Positions 40,638 through 54,117 of a stretch of DNA of 64,000 nucleotides are shown here, piece after piece. Under the pieces are notes generated by a model. That model did not search any database and had not been told where the DNA came from. It worked only from the letters and a program-made list of their open reading frames with translations. Positions within the stretch are counted from its first letter, which is position 1, and each line of letters opens with the position of its first letter. A program made the translations under genes and the position numbers. The DNA comes from Octopus sinensis (taxonomy: Eukaryota): assembly GCF_006345805.1 (NCBI RefSeq), contig NC_043003.1, positions 33,418,001 through 33,482,000 on the forward strand, given 5' to 3'.

Positions 40638-41339
40638 GCATCCGACATATTTCCCTTACTGTCAATCAAACCTATTTTCAAGGGATTGGTCTGTCGGAAA
40701 GTATGGAATGTACTTGTCCAGGGTGCTACGGAGCAAGAGTGAAACCTGAACTATGTGGTTGGGAATTTACTGCATATACGTACACATGTACATACAAACG
40801 GACATGCGCGCACAAACACACACACACTTATAAACTTTTGCTGCGCAGGAGAGACCTAAATTCACTGCCGTTTATTTGCAACAAGACATATATAATTGGA
40901 CAATACATATTCAAATCAAAGCAAGGTTCAACAACAATACACATGATTTGCTGCAGAAAGACGATGAATGAGTAATATTTAACTGACATGACAGGTATTT
41001 GAAATTGAAGAATATTAAAGAATATTCCATTTCCTTTAAATCGTCTAAATAACATGATAATAATATATAAAATATGAGGCTTCTAGTGAAGAACGATCTA
41101 TAATTGACTCGTAGATATGCTATAAAATCGTTTTCTTATATCAATCTTTGGCGATTTGGTTTATATCGAAATGGGTATACGAGATAATTTCAAATAGAAT
41201 TTACGTTAAATTTCGACCAAGGATAAAGTAGAGGAATTGGTTAACCAATAAATACTTTCCACAAGTAAGAACACATACATATATGTATACATATATGTAT
41301 CATATAATATTATATTATATAGTATATATGTTTATATAA

Positions 41340-41530
41340 TTATGGATTCAAGCGTTGAGATACAATCACAAAACAATAATTTAAAATGACATACAGGTCC
41401 TACAAACCAAAGTTTCACACTACCCAAACACATTCAGACACACCGGAAAGATAACGAGAGTGTTTACAATTTACGGAAGTCATTGTAAAAGACAAAGTGT
41501 TTCACATCAGCTGGAAGATCATCGAAAAAT
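41340..41530 (+). mobile_element. PLE GIY-YIG C-terminal remnant
   Basis: FHISWKIIEK resembles the I.W.I(I/L) motif of PLE endonucleases; adjacent to TA-rich tract. Confidence 0.4.
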
Positions 41531-41546
41531 TCTTATCAGATCTATT

Positions 41547-41850
41547 TCATTGAGGCCGAAAGGAGAAATGACAATGTTAACCTCGGCGGAGTTTTAAGTC
41601 AAAACGTAAAGCTAGACGACATGCCTCTAAGCATTTTACTCGGAGTTTTAGAGAGTCTGTCCTCACACTGCTTTAATAATCATTTACACTATAGGCATGA
41701 CACTTTGGAGGAGAGCTCTAGTTGATTACTTCAACTCTGGTTTTCAACTAGCACTTATTTCATCTACACTGAGAGATTGAGACAAAAATATCAACCTCGG
41801 CGCAATTAGAAATCAGAACGTATGGCACTAAGCATTTTGTAGAGCGTGCT
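41547..41850 (-). mobile_element. Two adjacent degraded family C SINE copies
   Basis: AACCTCGGCG...AACGTA...CTAAGCATTTT occurs at ~41580 and ~41795. Confidence 0.6.
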
Positions 41851-42060
41851 CAATATACTTAATATTTATTCCGGTAACACAGCAGTTCTCTTTTACCAAA
41901 CTGCTATGTAACAGGGAGATAAACACACCAACAGCGGTTGTCAAACGATGATGGGGGACAACAAACTCAAAACATAAATAACACACACACACAGACGCAC
42001 ATAAACTCACTCACACACACATATATATATATATATTATACATATATATATTATACATAT

Positions 42061-42375
42061 ATAACAAGATAGAAGATAGGGACAAGATATTAAAAAAAAA
42101 TTGTTATCATTGACAAGACCTGTCCAGCAATCGTGTCTATTGATCACTTGCAGTATAAACAAAATTAACCTAATTTAATTTAATTTTACTAAATTAATTT
42201 CGTTAATTAGTAATTAACCAAATAAATGTAGTAATTAACCAAAGTAATTTAGTTAAATTAAATTATATTTGGTTATTTTTTATGCTGCACGTGATGAATT
42301 GAAACAATTGTAGGTCCAGTTTTGTCAATGATCATGGATTTTTATTGATCTTATCTCCATCTTCTCTCTTGTTTT
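42061..42375. repeat. Diverged fold-back inverted repeat abutting (TA)n
   Basis: ACAAGATAGAAGATAG..ATCATTGACAAGAC..TCACTTGCAGTATAAA pairs with TTTATGCTGCACGTGA..GTTTTGTCAATGAT..CATCTTCTCTCTTGT. Confidence 0.75.
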
Positions 42376-42489
42376 GTATAATATTAATAAAACTAAATAT
42401 GTATGTACCTGCTTCGTTAGGCATTGAACCAGTCTAATATTGGATATCCCTCCGAGGTTTATATCCTCCCTATTTACCTTGTTATATAT

Positions 42490-42699
42490 ATACGACGGGT
42501 TTCTTTCATTCTTGCCGTTTCAGTGTACCAAATGCACTAACGAGGCTCTGGTCGGCCTGAGGCTGTATTAGAAGATACTTGCCCAATGTGCTTCGCAGTG
42601 GGACTGAACACGGAGCTATATCATTTTAGTTGGGAAGCAGGCTTCAAACCACACAGCCGCGCCAGCGCAAATGTATATACGCATACACATGTATATACA

Positions 42700-42761
<62 letters not shown>

Positions 42762-42975
42762 TATATACATACATATTAGGCACAGGGGTGGCTGTGTTGT
42801 AAGTAGCTTGCTTGCTAACCACATGATTCCGGGTTCATTCCCACTGCGTGGCACCTTGGGCATGTGTCTTCAACTATAGCCTCGAGCCGACCAAAGCCTT
42901 GTGAGTGAATTTGGTAGACGGAAACTGAAAGAAGCCCGTTGTATATATGTGTTTATATATGTATGTGTGTGTATA
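42490..42975. mobile_element. Head-to-head pair of family B SINEs (minus 42490-42668, plus 42778-42975)
   Basis: Both match the family B 5' half; separated by ~110 bp, mostly (TA)n. Confidence 0.85.
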
Positions 42976-43649
42976 TGTTTTCTTCGACGCCATCTTAGAC
43001 TAATTTCTCGTCATCTTTAATGGCATAAACACAATTTTCGAAAACCTTAGACACATATTTAGGCTCTTCAACTAATAATTTCATCAATCCCAAACTTAGG
43101 AAGCAAGCAACATATGCATTTATAACACAAATACACTCCGCTAATACACACACTTATATCATTCCCTATTATTGCCGCTTGTAGACGCCCAAAGGCTGAA
43201 ATGTGCATATACACTCCTCATCCTCCTTCTACTCCTCTTACGCCTCCTCCTTAACTACTCTCACATAACAGCATTCTTTTTTGGTTTATAGTCTCTTGCC
43301 TTCTCCTGCGCATACTTCTCCAAATTAATTTTTTCATTCTGATTTCATTTACGTTAAATCGTTTTCTAATTCACCAATATTTTGGTTACTTTATTTTTCA
43401 TCTTTTTCATTTGTTTTTTCTTCACACACTCATTTGTTTTTCTCTCCCTAATCTCCTACGTTTCTCTTCTTCTTTCTGACGGGGGCTCACATCCAAATCG
43501 TTGTAATCTGCATACTCAGTTAAGATTGGTCACGCTTTACTCTAATACCGTTTTCGTTGTACTTTGTTTTCCTGCATTTCACTCTCCGTGTCTTTATTTA
43601 GTGGGATTTGATATACAATCATACATACATAAATGCATAGATACATACA

Positions 43650-43795
43650 TTGCTTGATTCCTAACTACATGGTTTCCGTGTTCAGTCCCACTGTGTGGCA
43701 CCTTGAGAAAGTGTTTTCTACTATAGCCTTGAGCCGACCAAAGCCTTGTGAGTATATTTGGTAGATGGAAACTAGAAACTAACAGAATTCCATCG

Positions 43796-43883
<88 letters not shown>

Positions 43884-44088
43884 TATATTTGTGTGTCTGT
43901 TTTTGTCCCCCACCATCGATTGACAACCACGTCCCCGTAACTTAGTAATTCGGCAAAAGAGACTGATAGAAGAAGTACTAGGCTTACAAAGAGTAAGTCC
44001 TGGGATCGATTTGTTCTACGAAAAACGGTGCTCCATCATGCCCTCCGTCAAATTACTGTAAAAAGTAAACAAATAAAATAAAAGAATA
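43650..44088 (+). mobile_element. Family B SINE, 5'-truncated, internal (TA)n expanded
   Basis: GTTCAGTCCCACTGTGTGGCACCTTG...GCCGACCAAAGCCTTGTGAG...AAGTCCTGGGATCGATTTG. Confidence 0.85.
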
Positions 44089-45372
44089 ATCTATTGAGAA
44101 ATAGACAGACAAATAAATAATACATGATATTAAGCAAGTAAAACATTTTGTAAAACTTATTTAAAAATATAAACAAGCAACACTGAAAGTATAGTTATAT
44201 GGGAAATTAACGGGTTAAAAGAAAGGAATCTAAGTTTATCTCACGTTTCGTGTTATATACGTTATCAAAATTAAAAGGATAAATAAAATTACCAAAATAA
44301 ACAAATATAAATAGTAAAACCAAATTTACATTCCAGGCTTGATGATCAAACCATATAAGCTCTAGTATATTTTTCTAAAATACGAGAGGGCTTAGTAATC
44401 ATCGTTCATTTTTTTATGTTAAATAAAGTCGGAAATCAATATATATATATATAATAACACGTCTCCCACATTAAATTATTTTAGGGTGCTTGTGGCTAAA
44501 CTCTGAACTGAAAGTTATAGAAAATCTAGACATGCTAAAACTGTATAGGCCAACCCTATTTAATATAAATAGATTCGTGTTTTTCTTTTTTTTTTTTTGT
44601 TTTAGACAACCAATATTGCACATACTGAATCCTTACATATATCTGCAGATATGACTGTGTGAGTGCATGCGTATGTGCGCGTATGTGTGCGCGAGAGTGT
44701 GTATGTGTGTGTCTGTATGCGTGTGTTTATGTTTCAAATGTACCATCTCCGTTGCCCTAAACCAGCATGAATAGGTCGGAAAAAGATCAACAACACACGC
44801 AGTATAGAAACACGTTATCAACATATCCAGACATATTGAAAGGTACTGTGAAGACTCCTACATGATAGAGGAAACATGTCTCTGTGTTCCCTGAGTGAAA
44901 AGCTAAGGAGTGTAAATATAGCACAAAGTATAATTACGAGACGAAAGGACAGTTCGACTGTTCCTAATGATTCATTTCATATGAAAGCACGACGCAAGCT
45001 TGCATTTCCTGTTCTAATGTGTCCTGCTGTGAAAGTGTATAAATAAGGATGAAATAATATCACTCATAGCGTTACTTGTAGATAAGAGATTATCACAAAT
45101 GGGAATCTTTATAACAGGTATAATTAGACATACAGAAAAACACTTAAAATTACCAGTATACATGTAACAAGATTCTAGAACAGTAAATCTAGCAAATTAT
45201 AACTGGAAGCCCACATATTCCTACCTGGTAAAGGTGAACATTCTCAACAATAAAACTCCCATGTACTTATATGAACCACTACTTGTCTTAGAAAATGAAA
45301 ATATGGAAATAATAGAAAAATTCAGCATACGGTCTTACGATATGATAATATGGAAAAAGCACGACAACAATA

Positions 45373-45682
45373 GGAGGCGCAATGGCCCAGTGGTTAGGGT
45401 AGCGGACTCGCGGTCGGAGGGTCGCGGTTTCGATTCCCAGACCGAGCGTTGTATGTGTTTATTGAGCGAAAATAGCTAAAGCTCCACGAGGCTCCTGCAG
45501 GGGGTGATGGCGACGCTTGTTGTACTCTTTGGCCCCAACTTTCTCTCACGTTCTTCCTGTTTCATGAGTAACGCTGCAATGGGCTGGCGTCTCGTCCAGC
45601 TGGGGGCAACACATACGCCAGAGAAACCGGGAAACCGGGTGCATGAGCCTGGCTAGGCTTGAAAAGGGCGTATAAATACATA
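45373..45682 (+). mobile_element. tRNA-derived SINE, family A, with TSD
   Basis: Canonical head; flanks ACGACAACAATA / ACGACAAAAATA. Confidence 0.88.
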
Positions 45683-45864
45683 AAACGACAAAAATATAAC
45701 AGCATATTATTCACCAATATAGCAATATACTATACTGTGCAAAAGACAATTGAAAATGTTTCGAAATTATACTGACATAGTTCTTTAATTAAACCTATAA
45801 CTGCGATTAGGAAATTGACACAACTAGAATGAAACGCAATCATGCTTCTAATAACATTGATAAA

Positions 45865-46281
45865 TCTTTATAGATAAAGCAGAAGTTGTCTGTGTGTGGC
45901 AGGTTTGGTAGCCTTTGTAGCAGTTTTGGTAACCTTCAACTAACACTATCTCCTCCGAGACCCTGCGACACAAGTTGACCAAAATTGAGAGTATGATAGA
46001 AGAAGGCTTGCTCTTCATTCCGTAGAAGAAAAAATTCAAATGGGACCATGTTAAGACCAAACATTATTTACATCGAAAAGGTGCTTTGTTTCTATGAAAA
46101 TCCCTATTTTTCACGATATTTTGACTGCTGTGTCGCTATTTTTCGGTGTATTTCAACCAGAAAAATGTTCACGTAAAGAAAATAACAAGCTACATAATGC
46201 AAAAGTTTTCCTTTTCAAAAATTACAATTCTAAAGGGTCGAAAACAAAACAAACCCGAGTAACGCCGGGCTATAGAGCTAG
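45865..46281 (+). mobile_element. Non-autonomous Helitron, second family
   Basis: A|TC start, hairpin CCCGAGTAACGCCGGG at 46254-46269, CTAG|T end. Confidence 0.75.
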
Positions 46282-46309
46282 TTTATTATAAAAGCAGATA
46301 GGGTTTCGC

Positions 46310-46800
46310 TCCAGAAAAGTTGCAGTACTAGGATGCAGAACGGTTTAATCACCCTGTGCACATCTCGGACATATCCGTCTGACCAGCACTTCCATGCCTC
46401 GGGTAAAACTGCCTGGCCTGAATTTCTGGAAATTATTTATTGGCCCTACCCGAAAGTCGTCCGGAAAAGACCAGCTAATTGATGCTTCTCAACGCCCAGA
46501 GTTTCCCCGGAGGCATTGTCTCTCTTGTTCGCCACTAATTCCTTATAGAACTCCAGTGTGGAACTTCCACCGACTGCATTGTGCAACTGTTAGCGCTGGC
46601 TTAGACTTCAGGTACCAAGCGCTCTTTTTCGGTCTACGCTTGATGCAGGACTGGCGCTCCGTCAACGAAACGAGCTGCAAAAAATCCTCTGTAACAAACG
46701 GTGATCATACCCTCTCACCGTCAAGGAAAATCTGGAAATTTTGCAACCTCAGCGCAAGACTGTTTCTCATTAGCTACAGTGTGTCCCTTCTTCAATTCAA
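46310..46800 (-). mobile_element. L1/Tx1-type ORF2 C-terminal fragment
   Basis: Minus strand CPRCAQGD*TVLHP matches the CxxC..ETxxH zinc finger at the end of L1/Tx1 ORF2. Confidence 0.55.
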
Positions 46801-47169
46801 CGGCTACATAACAGCATTAGTAACCATTACTATTATATAAGTAAAGTGTATAATATAATATGATATCAGTATATTTTACTAATACAGCTTTGAATTATCA
46901 CTTTGGCTCCGACCAGAAGTAGAACAGATCTCGGTTTTCTAATGTGATATACCACCAAAAAAATTATTGAGATTTAGCGAGATGCTACAAGGAAAAGCAA
47001 ACAACAAATACTTGTCATTGGTTGAATAGGGCACTGTTGTTCATTAGTCCCACTCTATTTTCACTCTTGAAGACTCTAACTGAAAGCGTTTCTTGCAAAA
47101 AAGCAAACTGACTAGTTGACAAACTAATGTATATATGGCTATGGTTTCGAAACATGTCCTATGAGGGTA

Positions 47170-47497
47170 GCCGATCAGCGAAGGCTGGGGGTGTTCGACA
47201 ATGACCCGGCGTCCAGAGGGTGAGCTGATTCGCAATGTCCTCCTCCCACCTCCACTTCCCAGCTGGCGCAAACGCACGGGCGGACAGCTGAAGACCTGGG
47301 CAACGACGATAAAGGAGGACCTCTCCGAACTATCAGGTCCGCAGGTGGTCGGTTTGCGCAGATGGAACCGCGAATGGCTCGCTATCTCCAGGGACCTCGC
47401 ACGGGACCGTCGAGTTATGGTTCGTAATGCAGTCAGGACCTGAGAAGAAGCCGGTTCAACTCGCCCTGGGTGAACGCCGTCACAAGTACAAGTACAA
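47170..47497 (+). mobile_element. 5'-truncated RTE-clade LINE 3' end
   Basis: ORF 47201..47443 (WRKRTGGQLKTWATTIKEDL...W..LARDR) is the RTE C-terminus; short UTR and (CAAGTA)n tail. Confidence 0.85.
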
Positions 47498-48210
47498 ATT
47501 GCCAGCCTCTTCTGTTTCTGCTATAAATAGTTTTAGTTCTCGGGAGCTGTTTGCGTTCATGTAAACATCACTCAGGCATTCTTGTCCCAATCTTCTCTAT
47601 TTAACATTCTTCTTGTATACAACTCAAGCACAGGTACAGGCATTAATCATTACCTACAAATAATCTGCACTATTCTATTGTTTTCTTTTATTATTGTGTA
47701 TAATATTTAAATGTACAGTATATGAAGTATCATTCATTTTTAATGAAGTGTAGCGTAGAGCGCCTGTTGTGACGCCATCGTATAGAGGGCCACCGAACAG
47801 CGGTACCATAGTTACTACACGAAATGCTATCATCTCAGTGTGTTAGGTCGGTTTTCATACATATTAAATTATAAATGTAAACAATTGTTGATGCTATCCG
47901 ATACACAATGTTACAGAGAACCAATTGGGAAACGTCTTTCCTGGCCGATGTTTGTTTCTGATTGTTCAAACGTCTGTCGTCCTAGATGTACATAAATACA
48001 GTTAATAGAATAATTAGTTAGTTCAATCGCGAAGAACCCGATCACGCGCGCGCGCGCACACAAACACACACACATACGGACGCACAGACACATACACGCA
48101 CTAACAAAAACACAAGCAGACACACATGCACTCACATACATATATATGTACGCGTGTGTATGTGAATATATGATTGGATGTGTGCATATATATATGTGTG
48201 TGTGTGTGTA

Positions 48211-48253
<43 letters not shown>

Positions 48254-48268
48254 GTATCTATCTATCTT

Positions 48269-48301
<33 letters not shown>

Positions 48302-49799
48302 TCTATCTATCTATATATATATATAATATATATATATATATATTATATATATATATATAATATATATATATATACATATATATACATATATTATATATAT
48401 ATATATATAATATATATATATATATATTATATATATATATATGTTTATAATCAAAAGTGTGTATTTGCATATAAATGAGCGGAGTGTATATATATGTGCG
48501 TGTGCATGTGCTTAAGTAAACCCGTCATCGCGATTTTATGTATATGAATACATGCATGTTTATTTGGTTGCCTGTGTGCGTCTAATTATGACACTGTAAT
48601 AAAGATTCCCATTTGTGATAATCACGTACGCATAAGCCAGGCGAAGATTAATTATTTCATTCTTATTTATACATTCTCACAGCAGGACACATAAGAACGG
48701 GAAATGCAAACTTACATCCTGCTTTCATATAAAATGAATCATTAAGAAGCATTGCGCTATCCTTTCGTCTCATAATTATGGTTTGCTCTATCGTCACACT
48801 CTTTAGCTTTTCACCCAGAGGACAATACTTTCGACATACGAAGAAAATGCAATTGGAAATATCTGAAATGTAGCATTATCGTAGCCCGAAGAAAATCATG
48901 CATGCACAATGTAAGGATAACTACAATAACATCCGAGATTTGTCCCAGGCGAGTTCCAAGATCAATAAAGCCGTTTGCTGTCTTCATTTGAATGCACAAT
49001 ATGCAGCTTATTACCTGTATGCTTGCCAATTACTGTGAAGCAAGCAATTATTCCGTTGCTGATTGCTGACTTACACACTCAGTGTGAATTTAAAGCTTAG
49101 GGAGCGTGAAAGAAAGATAGAAAAATAAGGTTAATGCCAAAGGTTAATCCAGACTAAAGAATATAAACTAAATACAGACAACAGACTCCTTGCCATATGA
49201 TTCTATAGAATTTGTGGTTTAAAGGGGCGTTGAAATTACTTGCATTATTTAAATACCTACGTTTTGATTTCGAGTTTCATGGAACTTAACTTTACACTTC
49301 ATTAACCAACACAAGGTCGATGAATTAACGACCGGTAACATACTATGGAAGATTTAGTCTACTGTGCCAAGTATACAATAAATATTTAAATATTAGAAAT
49401 ACACTTCAGGTTAGGCTTGTCTGTGAAGCACTGTTGTTTGCTCATTGAGTGTAGCCTTTTTTTAAAATATATGCGTAATAGTGAAATGCAGAAACATCAC
49501 ATGTTCTTACTTATATATGAAGAAACATAGAAACAAAACCTCATCTCATTCTAAACGAAAGAAACCTATATTAGCTATATTAGATAATATAGACTGAAGA
49601 ACAACAACTGAATAATCAGGACAGAATGGACAGAATGGACAGGATGGACACCAAGACACAGGACAAGATCAAGTGGCTGACCGAGCGAGATAATCTCATT
49701 GGTTACCTGGGGCGTACTTGGCAATGACAGGCCAAACACAGACAACTGTGAAAGGAGTCAAAGGAGGGGGTTCCTCCTTCAGGAATGATGAAGCCCTGG

Positions 49800-49830
<31 letters not shown>

Positions 49831-49868
49831 TGTATGTATGTATGTATGTATGTATGTATGCATGTATG

Positions 49869-49961
<93 letters not shown>

Positions 49962-50079
49962 TTATTGCTTAATTTGAGTTTCAGAAGTTTCCTAAAAATC
50001 ACATAATTATAAAGCATGAGTTTATTAGTTGTCTGCTTGCCATATGAAACAGTAGTATACAACAAGCAGAAAGACAGTG

Positions 50080-50305
50080 GATGGCAGAACAGTTAACGCG
50101 CCGGGTTTTAGGTGGGGGACGCTTAGTGACATTTCGTGCGTCTTTGCATTCTGAGATCAAATGTCACCTGGGTCGACTTTGTTTTCCATTCCTTAAGGGT
50201 TCGAAAAAATAAGTATTTAGTTGAACAGGTGGTGGTAGGAAGTGATGTATTCGACTCACTCCACTCACCTGAAACTGCTGGCTTTATGCCAAAATCTGAA
50301 ATCAA
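50080..50305 (+). mobile_element. tRNA-derived SINE, family C
   Basis: TGGCAGAACAGTTAACGCGCCGGG head and GGTCGACTTTGTTTTCCATTCCTT centre. Confidence 0.7.
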
Positions 50306-50584
50306 AATTAAGCAACGAACTTTGCCTCATGTTTATATCAGACTTTATGGTTTAACATAAACAGATTAGAAAATGATGAAAAAGACCCAACAAAACAAAA
50401 CAAAACAAAAACTAAAAAAACACATATACCGTTGTTATACTCATTATAAATGTTATACACGGCGGTATTTATATTTATTTATTCATTTTCCTCGGAAGAT
50501 TAATCCTACGCTAATAATTTGGTGGTGATGACAACAACGTCTACATCGATGATGACGTGATGTCCACAATATAAGTGATGTTGA

Positions 50585-50618
<34 letters not shown>

Positions 50619-50938
50619 GGTGACGATAATGACGACGACTGCTTCTTCAACGGTGACTATAACAATTTCAATTTCCAAGTAAACGATCGAATAATGGTAT
50701 GTGTGTTTATGTTTTCTACAATTTAAGCAAGTTTGTCTGAAGATATATCACTTTTCTTATATCGTAATATCTGCATTGGTTTCATTGTTTTGTTTCATTG
50801 AGTGTCCATGGTTAGTTGTATTAGTGTATATATATGCTCCTGCGTATGTCTATGCATATATCTGTGAAGGATAATAAGTTTGTGGCGATGTGCTTGTACC
50901 GGAATACTCGTGTGTACGGGCCTCATTTTATAATGCGA

Positions 50939-51573
50939 CTAGCAGTATCGCCCGGCGTTGCTCGGGTTTGTAAGGGAAATAACTATATAAGCATTTTTAG
51001 AGAGTTATAGCCAAAAAATAGCAAAAAATGCATTAAAAATGGAAAAAATATGATGGTAAATTTTTTTTTAATCGTTGACTCATCGTAGACATTTTTAGAG
51101 AGTTACTTCCCTTATATAATAGCGAAAAATGCATTAAAATGGAAAAAAAACGATGGCAAATTTTTTTTTAAATCGTAGACTCATGTAGACGCTTTCTTAG
51201 CCATTTCTGTTTTGGTGTCTTCAAGCCATGAAGTCGTTGTTCTAAAAGAACACTGGTCTCCTTGACAACGCATTACGACGTTGATTTCCTTACACTCCCT
51301 TCCCCACAGGTGCAGGTGTGAGCGTGGACGCCAACTCCGCCGCCATCGACACACGAAAAATTATGCATTAAAATGGAATAAAAAATGATGTTAAATTATT
51401 TTTAAAATCGTAGACTCATCGTAGACGCGCGCTAATATTCAGACGGGCTCGATATGAATCACGACTATAAGCTACCCGAATTTGGTTAAACTGTACCGCA
51501 AACTGTGGGAGTAGTTAGGAATCTAAATCGAAGGGGACAGACACTCACACAACTACAGTTTTATATATATAGA
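50939..51573 (-). mobile_element. Complete non-autonomous Helitron
   Basis: Minus strand A|TCTATATATATAAAAC ... CCCGAGCAACGCCGGG-CGATACTG-CTAG|T, no TSD. Three internal GCATTAAAA..GACTCAT(C)GTAGAC subrepeats. Confidence 0.9.
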
Positions 51574-51639
51574 TATACATAGCGCAGTAGTGGTGAGATA
51601 TGACAGCAAAGAAAAGCATACATTCACTCTCTGCATGCA

Positions 51640-52005
51640 ATTAGACTCGGAAAGTTCGTGAGGAACCCATTGACCCAATTTGCTGACTTTTCCGATAGCA
51701 CACAGGTGTCAATGAATGGTTGAATGACCAAATCCAAGCTTCTCTGCTAGTTCCTCAACAGTTACGATGATATTTTGTTCCACCAGGGTTTTCAGGATGT
51801 CCTTGTCGAGTTCTACAGATCTTTCAGGATGAGGCTCGTCTTCTAGGCTGTAGTTTATGGCTCGGGATTTCTGGAACCACCATTGACACTGCCTTACGCT
51901 TATTGTCCAATCCCCATATACTGCATTAATATTTCTTGTACTTTGCACACATTTATATTCTGTTATTCTTTTATATGTTTCAGCCTTGAGGTTGTGGCCA
52001 TCCTG
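51640..52005 (-). mobile_element. Mariner N-terminal (double HTH) fragment
   Basis: TRNINAVYGD..SVRQCQWWFQK...SLEDEP...TVEELAEKLGFGHSTIH in ORF 51709..52125. Confidence 0.8.
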
Positions 52006-52130
52006 GATCATGTGTGTGTGTGTGTGTCTATCTGTCTGTCTGTCTGTATGTATATATGTATATGTATGTGTGTGAACAATAATATTTTCAACTGATGTGT
52101 TGCAAATGTATCTGATTGTTCTCAAGCTTC

Positions 52131-52176
<46 letters not shown>

Positions 52177-52237
52177 ATGTATGTATGTATGTATATGTGT
52201 GTATGTATGTATGTGTGTGTATGTATGTGTGTGTATG

Positions 52238-52276
<39 letters not shown>

Positions 52277-54117
52277 ATGTATGTATGTATGTATGTATGT
52301 ATGTATGAGTGTATGTTTACTTTATTACTAATTACTCTCTTCCAAGAACATTTTCACTCACTCTTAGCTCTTAGCTTCCCATACATTTTACTCATGTATC
52401 TATCAGCGTCATAGACAGAATACTTTCACTTTAGTCTTCCTCAAATCACTGTCGCTATTTACTTTCATTTTATTCGTTGCCCACTGTGTGTGTGCGTTTG
52501 CGTGTGGTGTAAACCAGACTAAGAAAAGCATTTGACACACACACCAGAATGTGAGTTTTCTGTAAATTTTGCTTAACTGGAGTTTAAATTTTAAAAACTG
52601 GACCTGGCATGACGCGATGCATTGTACTCTCAAAAATGCTAGGTAAATTGTAATTGAAGAAATCCTATATTGTAGATTTCTATAACTCCCAAAGGGATGC
52701 AGATAAAATCTGCCTTTTATAATAAGAGATACAATAAATATAGATGTGAGTTCTATGCAAATCTGTAAGAGAACTTTTAACAGTATCCTTTATCTAGCTT
52801 CAATTAATAGTGTGTGGAGGAAGCGAGCAAGTAACCAAGAAGCCATGAGTATATGAATATATATATGTGTGTGTGTGTGTGTGTGTATAATGAGAGAGAA
52901 CAGCTCACAAAGAGAGGAGGACAGTGGGGGACGCAGAGAAAAGACAGAGAATTAAACAGAGTGTAGAATGAAAGTGAAAGCAACGATAATTGAAGTGGCT
53001 GAGAGAACATCAACCATAATCGGCCCTTATTCAGTATTCTAGCAAGGTAGAATCGACACAGTTAAAGCACAACCATAAAATCTAACCTGGTATTGATGTC
53101 TTCGGGAAAAGTCTTTAGTCAGGCTTATACGTTAATTTGTTTTCTTCGATTCTAAGTTGAAAGTTTTCATTTATATGCTTCAGTATTTTCTTTCTTTTGC
53201 TTTCGTTTGTATTATTTTCCTTCTATCATGCATATTTCTCATTTTACCTCACATTTTGAGTTTTGTATTTACTTCGGTACATCATAGTCTTTAGATGCTT
53301 TCTTTATTCAACCGAGGCTCATAGTTGCAGAAACTTGGAAATATATGTTTCACATACATTCATACATACATACGTACATACATACATGCGTATAATTGTA
53401 TACGTCTATACATGTAAATATAAGTATATATTATATAAATATACGTGTATAGATAAGTGCACATTATTATGCATATATCCTTCTGTATTTGTGTGTGTGT
53501 GTGTTTATAATATGGGTTAGTTATAAGTGTTCTCTATATAGAATACACTTCAAGGTGCTCAAGTTATTTGAACTTGAGCCGGGAGTTAGGTAAGTTAGGT
53601 AAGTCGATTTACACGGAATATTAAATATATTTAATAGAAAAAATGTACATGTGTATGGATATACAATAGTCCGACTTACAGAATATAAACAATATCAGGA
53701 GTTAAATATTTATCCTTGCTATTATGCAAAAGTGTCGTAAGTCCAAAACATTGATTTTTCAGAAAGCGAAGAAATAGTTTCACCATTCTATTTCTTTTTA
53801 CATTAGCAACTGCTTCAGTTTAACAATAATACTTTGTTGGGTGCACAAAATCGTAACTCCATGAATGGATGATATTTTCTGTCAGAAATATTTTTGCAAA
53901 ACATTTTGAAAAGTGCTAAACCGTTGTACTACACTCTGACAATTTTCATATCTTCGCATCTGAAGCAGCTGGAGATACGATAGTTTGACCAAAAGAACCG
54001 GCTGTTGGAAGCAAAATTAAATACTGAAAAAAAAAACCCCGCATTTGGCCAAATTTGGACATACCACAGTTTAAAATGATAGCAATGTTATATATATTAC
54101 AAGTGTCACTATATGCG

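Larger units (their letters stand above)
44891..48818. repeat. Pair of diverged ~240-bp inverted repeats (44891-45129 and 48580-48818)
   Basis: Matching blocks GATTATCACAAATGGGAATCTTTAT / ATAAAGATTCCCATTTGTGATAATC, ATGTGTCCTGCTGTGA / TCACAGCAGGACACAT, TAATGATTCATTT / AAATGAATCATTA. Confidence 0.85.
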
